A stretch of 50,347 bases of DNA from assembly GCA_017448685.1 (NCBI GenBank), contig JAFSKY010000124.1, positions 1 to 50,347 of the forward strand, written 5' to 3'. Both the position numbers and the translations under genes were made by a program. Origin of the DNA: Synergistaceae bacterium. GTDB taxonomy: Bacteria; Synergistota; Synergistia; Synergistales; Aminobacteriaceae. The notes under the pieces were generated by a model. That model saw nothing but the letters and a program-made list of their open reading frames with translations, was not told the DNA's origin and searched no databases. Shown here in pieces: positions 46,003-50,347 of the stretch (position 1 is the stretch's first letter; the number at the start of each line of letters is the position of its first letter).

Positions 46003-46170
46003 ATGTTTGAAGCTATAGGTGAACGTGTCAGGGAGTACTTTGAGGAACACTCAGAAGAGATGCTGAAAACCGTAAAAAATCTCGTGCTGGAGAATTTACC
46101 TGAAATTATTGATTTAGCGGGTAAAGTGGCAAAGGAGATAGGGAAGAACGCAAAGATATTCTTGAAGTAA
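46003..46170 (+). CDS. 55-aa helical hypothetical protein co-transcribed with the TerD gene
   Basis: Not in the track (<60 aa). AGGAGG lies 8 nt upstream. Sequence: MFEAIGERVREYFEEHSEEMLKTVKNLVLENLPEIIDLAGKVAKEIGKNAKIFLK. Confidence 0.5.
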   Translation: MFEAIGERVREYFEEHSEEMLKTVKNLVLENLPEIIDLAGKVAKEIGKNAKIFLK

Positions 46171-46190
46171 GTGTGAAAATTTCAGGATAC

Positions 46191-46229
46191 GGCGTAAGAG
46201 TTGTGTATGCTTCTTGCGCCTGAATTTTT
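46191..46229 (+). terminator. Intrinsic terminator of the TerD operon
   Basis: GGCGTAAGA...TCTTGCGCC followed by tgaaTTTTT. Confidence 0.6.
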
Positions 46230-46249
46230 CCAGACAGACAATATGCTTC

Positions 46250-46279
46250 TTGACAAAACAAGAACTCATTGCGTATAAT
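46250..46279 (+). promoter_or_regulatory. Consensus promoter of tRNA-Ala
   Basis: TTGACA, 18 nt, TATAAT, 19 nt before the tRNA 5' end. Confidence 0.7.
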
Positions 46280-46296
46280 TCTCGCCGTTGCGCATT

Positions 46297-46373
<77 letters not shown>

Positions 46374-46544
46374 GAATATAATACGGTGAAGACCGTTGAA
46401 AGATAAAAATCCGCTCACAAGGCGGTTTTTCTGTTATTATTACTCCGTTAAACACCGAGCAAAACCCACTAAAACCAAAATAACACCGTGTAAAGAATCG
46501 TAGAAATGCAAGCCGTGAAAATCTTTCTACGGTAAATCCCAAAA

Positions 46545-47698
46545 GTGAGGTGCGTACAGGAGTTGCAAGTCAAGAACATCAAGCCCAAAGATAAGCCCTA
46601 CATGCGCCGAGATGACCGGGGGCTGTACCTCAGAATTGACCCATCCGGGCGAAAGTATTGGATTCTTCGTTACTGGGAGCAAAAAAAGAACATCAACTAT
46701 CACTAGGACCGTACCCAGATTTATCGCTGAAAGATGCCCGACTCAAACGGGATGAGATTCAGACTGACCGCGCAAAAGGTAAAAGCCCTTCCATGAGGTC
46801 GGCGAATATCCCGCAAACATTCTCAGAGGCCGCCAGCGAATGGCTCAGAGTCCGCATGAAGGATAAAGCTCCCGGCTACTTGAAGACCATTCATTACCGC
46901 CTGAACAAATACATACTCCTGGCACTTGGGGCATTCCCCCTCCGGGACATAACGTCAGGGAATATCCTGCACATTTGCCGCAGAGTTGAGGATACTGGCC
47001 ACGATGAGACCGCAAAGAGAGTCAAAACGATAATCGGGCAGGTATACCGTTTTGCTATTGCGGCGGGCTGGGCTGACAGTGATCCGACATCCGCGCTACT
47101 GGGAGTGCTCCGGCCACGAATTAACCAGCACTACGCAACCCTCACGAATCCTTCAGACATAGCAATCCTGATGCGAGCAATGAAGGCGTATCCCTACACA
47201 GTGATACGGTGCGCGATGCTCTTCTCTGTGTATACTGCGGCGCGTCCCGGTGAAGTTCGTTATGCGGAATGGTCTGAGATTAAGGCTGACATGTGGGATA
47301 TACCTGCGGAAAAGATGAAGATGAAACGCCGACACATAGTCCCGCTGTCCTCGCAGGTGAAAGCCGTCCTTGAGGAACTGAAGCCAATTACAGGTACAAG
47401 CCGCTGGTTATTTCCCTCACCGCGTAATGACGGGCATTGCCTGTCAGAGAATGGTATACGGGTAGCTTTACGCACAATCGGCTTCACGAAGGAGCAAATT
47501 ACCCCTCACGGCTTCAGGGCTATGTTCTCGACAATCGCAAATGAACACGGCATTAATCGCGATGTTATCGAACGGCAATTAGCACATGTTGAGCGAAATT
47601 CCGTACGCGGGGCATACAATCACGCCGAATATTTACCCGAAAGAGTCAGGCTCATGCAGTGGTGGAGCGATTATCTTGACGGCCTCGCAAGGGGATAA
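46545..47698 (+). CDS. P4-like tyrosine integrase. The reading frame shifts by -1 at the A7 tract 46681-46687 (frameshifted, slippage-dependent, or a sequencing error).
   Basis: Frame 1 (GTG 46545 or TTG 46563) encodes ...VKNIKPKDKPYMRRDDRGLYLRIDPSGRKYWILRYWEQKK and stops at 46704. The -1 frame continues KEHQLSLGPYPDLSLKDAR..., then the catalytic region R...HGFR...LAH...Y. Confidence 0.8.
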
Positions 47699-47725
47699 AA
47701 AAACGGCCTCCCGTTAAAGGAGGTC
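47697..47725 (-). terminator. Intrinsic terminator of the amidoligase operon
   Basis: The minus strand has GACCTCCtttaacgGGAGGCC followed by gTTTTTTT. Confidence 0.7.
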
Positions 47726-47770
47726 GCTATCAAGCAAAACGCAGTACACGAGTGAGCGTTCGCGTATCTG

Positions 47771-48241
47771 CTAACGAGGCTTTAACCTGTCGAATGACTC
47801 AGCTAATGCCCCAGCAAGAATTTTATCATCAAAGCCGAATGCCTCATATCCCGCTTTTATCAACGAATAATAACGCTTGTCGGGAATGCATATCTTGATT
47901 CTGAGCTTCACGGCTTCAGGTGTCATGATATAGGCCATAGCTGAAATGTCGCCCAAATCCACACCATCAAGGGAGGTTACCCGGACATTCAGAGTCCGCT
48001 TGATGTAAAAATCCGGGTAGCCCTCGTAGCTGTCAAGATTCTTTTCATCCTCTGGCGTTATCTTCCACACTAGCACAGGCACGGTATATCCCTTGCGTTT
48101 TCTGATTGTGGCGTATTTGCGGAATAACAGTCGCCAGCCTTCCAGCACAGCAATTCCAGCAATTTCTGCGCCGGGTGTACGCACTTTCATTTGCTCCGTT
48201 GAAAGGTTGCTTCCGTACGCAAGATAGTAGCGCGTATTCAT
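47771..48241 (-). CDS. AIG2-like / gamma-glutamylcyclotransferase-family protein
   Basis: YLAYGSNLSTEQM...LEGWRLLF...VLVWKI...LDSYEGYP..Y. Confidence 0.8.
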   Translation of the reverse strand: MNTRYYLAYGSNLSTEQMKVRTPGAEIAGIAVLEGWRLLFRKYATIRKRKGYTVPVLVWKITPEDEKNLDSYEGYPDFYIKRTLNVRVTSLDGVDLGDISAMAYIMTPEAVKLRIKICIPDKRYYSLIKAGYEAFGFDDKILAGALAESFDRLKPR

Positions 48242-48247
48242 GGCCTG

Positions 48248-48478
48248 TTACCCGTCATAGCCGCCGATAACGGAATCGCACGGCATTGTTCCATCATCCT
48301 CGCGCCCGTCATCTATCACTTCTACCGTTATTCCATCGTAGTCGTCAAACTCATCAAGAATAATCTCAGTGTTCATGACCGCGTCCCTTGCGCGTTGTTC
48401 GGCATCCTCTTTGCTTCCAGCACGCACGGAAACCGCCTTGCGGCGAGTCTCCGTTATTGCGACTGTGTAGATATTCAT
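48248..48478 (-). CDS. Small acidic protein, DpnD/PcfM-like
   Basis: MNIYTVAITETRRKAVSVRAGSKEDAEQRARDAV.N.EIILDEFDDYD. Its ATG overlaps the amidoligase TGA (ATGA). ATG 48487 is an alternative start. Confidence 0.5.
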   Translation of the reverse strand: MNIYTVAITETRRKAVSVRAGSKEDAEQRARDAVMNTEIILDEFDDYDGITVEVIDDGREDDGTMPCDSVIGGYDG

Positions 48479-49410
48479 CTTCTCCATGCTCCATTTCCCT
48501 CCATATTCTGTAGCAGGATTGTTCTTGCTGTCTTGAACTCCTCACCGATAAATCCCAATCTCAGCAACCAGCAACGGAATGCGTATTTTTCGTTCTCCGT
48601 CTGCTGTGGCTTGGGGCTGGCGTATTTAAGCTCCTTTGCAAGCTGGCTCATTGCCAAGCATAACTGAATGTACGCTTTGAGTTGCCCGCAATGGATACCG
48701 CCCTTTTTGCCGTCATGAGGCTCATCAAACTGGAACAACCTAAACTCGATTGTACCCTTTGTGAACACCGCATGAAGGTTCAGCATGTGATAGCGGCTGA
48801 AATTGTAGTGGTCATTCCTGGCGTAATCGCACCTGTTGCCCTGATACCACACATCCGCAAGCTGTTCCATCGTTTGAGGCTTTTCAGCGTTCAGCCTTGC
48901 GAGAAATTCGGGGTCAACTGTCATGCAATAACGGACTGTCCTGTCATAATCGATTTTGATTGCCCTGCCGATTTGCTCCTCATGAGCCGCCATTATGTTT
49001 GCGAGATTCCTCAGAGTCTGGGGCGTGTGGTCGCTCACTCCGATGTGTATATGTACCCCGCATCCACGTGAAGGACTGCTCTGCGCTCCGGCCTTCCTCA
49101 ATGCCCGCAACAATCCCTGCAACGTTTCTATGTCGGCGTAATTGAGGATTGGCGTAACGAGTTCGCATTTCTGGTTGTCCGGGCCTTCTATGCTTCCATC
49201 CCGCTGGAATTTCCATTCGCGCCCGTCATTATCCCACGCTGAATATGCCTGATAGCCATTGCGCCCAGCTGTGTCCCCATAACGGTGTGTCCCGAAATAT
49301 TCGCCCGCTATTTTCGCCGCATTCGTACGGGTTATACCGTTCATTTCCACTTCGACTCCGATTGTCTGATTCTTCATTGCCGCTATTTGATGCTCTGTTC
49401 TGCTTGTCAT
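48475..49410 (-). CDS. Putative amidoligase (Amidoligase_2 family)
   Basis: Motifs GVEVEM, WKFQRDGSI, CELVTPIL, GCGVHIHIG and GTIEFRLF. Confidence 0.8.
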   Translation of the reverse strand: MTSRTEHQIAAMKNQTIGVEVEMNGITRTNAAKIAGEYFGTHRYGDTAGRNGYQAYSAWDNDGREWKFQRDGSIEGPDNQKCELVTPILNYADIETLQGLLRALRKAGAQSSPSRGCGVHIHIGVSDHTPQTLRNLANIMAAHEEQIGRAIKIDYDRTVRYCMTVDPEFLARLNAEKPQTMEQLADVWYQGNRCDYARNDHYNFSRYHMLNLHAVFTKGTIEFRLFQFDEPHDGKKGGIHCGQLKAYIQLCLAMSQLAKELKYASPKPQQTENEKYAFRCWLLRLGFIGEEFKTARTILLQNMEGNGAWRR

Positions 49411-49500
49411 TTCCGTTTGCTCCTTCGTGATTGTTACTGCGTTTTTGCTTTATGAACGTAGTATAACTCTTAGCGCGTTAAATGCAAGTCCTATTTTATT
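49411..49500 (-). promoter_or_regulatory. Promoter + leader module, copy A (upstream of the amidoligase)
   Basis: The minus strand has TTGCAT, 16 nt, TATACT, then a ~50-nt leader ending GAAGGAGcaaacggaaATG. It is ~90% identical by eye to 50186-50275. Confidence 0.6.
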
Positions 49501-49523
49501 TCTTTTTACGGAGAAATGAGCCC

Positions 49524-49546
49524 AAAAAACAGGGGGATAACCCCCC
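49524..49546 (-). terminator. Intrinsic terminator after the 84-aa gene
   Basis: The minus strand has GGGGGttatCCCCC followed by tgTTTTTT. Confidence 0.65.
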
Positions 49547-49547
49547 A

Positions 49548-49802
49548 CTATTCAAGCCTCATAAGGAAGGCCGGTGATGGCACAACCTCGAACGTGTTAA
49601 TGTCGATGTCCGTTCCTATGACCTGTGTAAGCCCGATAAGTTTTGCGCCGTTCGCCTCATACACTGCAAGCGTCCGTGTCATTCCGCATGAACCGTCCGA
49701 AATCGTAAACTCCTTCACGCCTGAAGCCCTCATCCTTTGCACTATTTCGTGTATATCTTTGTCCCAGCCTGACCAGCTAAGATTTGGCCTGTTCTCTGTC
49801 AT
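49548..49802 (-). CDS. Hypothetical 84-aa protein, paralog of 49841..50185
   Basis: AAGGAGG RBS. It shares the EFTIS...GLT.V...SPAFLM(R/K)(L/I)E end with its neighbour. Confidence 0.6.
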   Translation of the reverse strand: MTENRPNLSWSGWDKDIHEIVQRMRASGVKEFTISDGSCGMTRTLAVYEANGAKLIGLTQVIGTDIDINTFEVVPSPAFLMRLE

Positions 49803-49840
49803 TTTCTCTGCCTCCTTAAATGCAGGGGGATAACCCCTCG

Positions 49841-50185
49841 CTATTCAATCTTCATCAGGAACGCGGGTGAAAATCCCGTTTCGCTGTATTTGTCCCTCAC
49901 GCTTGTGAGGCCCGCTATGTTGATGTCGAAATCGCTGAACGCATCGAGGATTTCCAGAATGTTCGATTGATGGCTCGAAATCGTGAACTCCGTCATGCCT
50001 GCGTCCTTAAGCGTTGTCGCAATCTGCACAACATCTTCAATCCAGATTACTCCGTTGAACTCGACAAGCGGTTTCATTTCGTCCCGGTAAGCGTTGTATG
50101 CCTCGCTGATTGTCCGATTGTCCGTTGACCTGTCGTATTTGCGCTCCCTGCTGTAGATTTCCTCGTATTTCGTGATGATTATCAT
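49841..50185 (-). CDS. Hypothetical 114-aa protein, paralog of 49548..49802
   Basis: Same C-terminal module, ending SPAFLMKIE. Confidence 0.6.
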   Translation of the reverse strand: MIIITKYEEIYSRERKYDRSTDNRTISEAYNAYRDEMKPLVEFNGVIWIEDVVQIATTLKDAGMTEFTISSHQSNILEILDAFSDFDINIAGLTSVRDKYSETGFSPAFLMKIE

Positions 50186-50275
50186 TTTGCGTTTGCTCCT
50201 TCCTGATGATTACTGCGTTTCCGCTTGATGAACGTAGTATAACTCTTAGTGCGTTAAATGCAAGTATATTTTATT
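50186..50275 (-). promoter_or_regulatory. Promoter + leader module, copy B (upstream of the 114-aa gene)
   Basis: Near-duplicate of 49411-49500, including the TTGCAT/TATACT elements and the leader. Confidence 0.6.
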
Positions 50276-50319
50276 CATGTAAGGTGATAAAATGCGGGCA
50301 TTAAAGGAGGCAAATCGTA

Positions 50320-50347
50320 ATGGACATATCAGACCTCATAACAGCAG
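50320..50347 (+). CDS. Start of an unidentified gene (partial)
   Basis: AAAGGAGG lies 8 nt before the ATG. Only MDISDLITA is visible. Confidence 0.3.

Larger units (their letters stand above)
46374..50347. mobile_element. Integrative island adjacent to the tRNA-Ala 3' end. The distal boundary lies beyond the window.
   Basis: A tRNA is followed by a tyrosine integrase and cargo typical of Firmicutes-type conjugative/integrative elements (amidoligase, PcfM-like, AIG2-like). No second att copy is seen in the window. Confidence 0.65.

Overview
This is a 50.3-kb, densely coding bacterial chromosomal segment. I could run no searches, so every family assignment rests on motifs I recognise by eye, and start codons are my own choices. 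The backbone is housekeeping: rplM-rpsI, a nicotinate-PRTase-like gene, secG, tRNA-Gly(CCC), udp, feoAB, infC-rpmI-rplT-pheS-pheT-zapA, rplI-dnaB, ylxM-ffh-rpsP-KH-trmD-rplS and tRNA-Ala(GGC). Accessory material is interspersed. (1) Two tandem giant secreted proteins combine LRRs, a lipase-like alpha/beta hydrolase and near-identical 258-bp He_PIG repeats. The first runs off the window start and is missing from the ORF track. A third, 5'-truncated remnant lies at 22.9-23.6 kb. (2) A two-fold-repeat surface protein ends in a GGC + TM + basic tail. As I recall, this is the Synergist-CTERM sorting signal, which is my only and weak taxonomic handle (Synergistota). Its upstream region holds a (GTGGTTC)x5 heptamer array and a leader terminator. 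(3) Three tandem paralogous small GTPases of YfjP/YeeP type occupy 20.3-22.7 kb, and the first has a glycine-zipper tail. (4) A membrane-anchored TerD-domain protein is followed by a 55-aa ORF. (5) From 46.4 kb to the window end lies an integrative island next to tRNA-Ala. It has a P4-like integrase whose frame breaks exactly on an A_AAA_AAG heptamer. It also carries an amidoligase / PcfM-like / AIG2-GGCT operon and two paralogous small genes behind duplicated promoter-leader modules. The best candidates for an uncharacterised system are the amidoligase cassette and the GTPase triad. Non-genic oddities include a second heptamer array (35.5 kb) and degenerate duplications of gene 3' ends after pheT and after the second APC permease. 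trmD lacks a canonical start (probable ATT), carries a 154-aa C-terminal extension and has no rimM upstream. A promoter-bearing ORF-free ~480-bp stretch lies upstream of secG, and ylxM looks leaderless. I saw no CRISPR array, rRNA or transposase.
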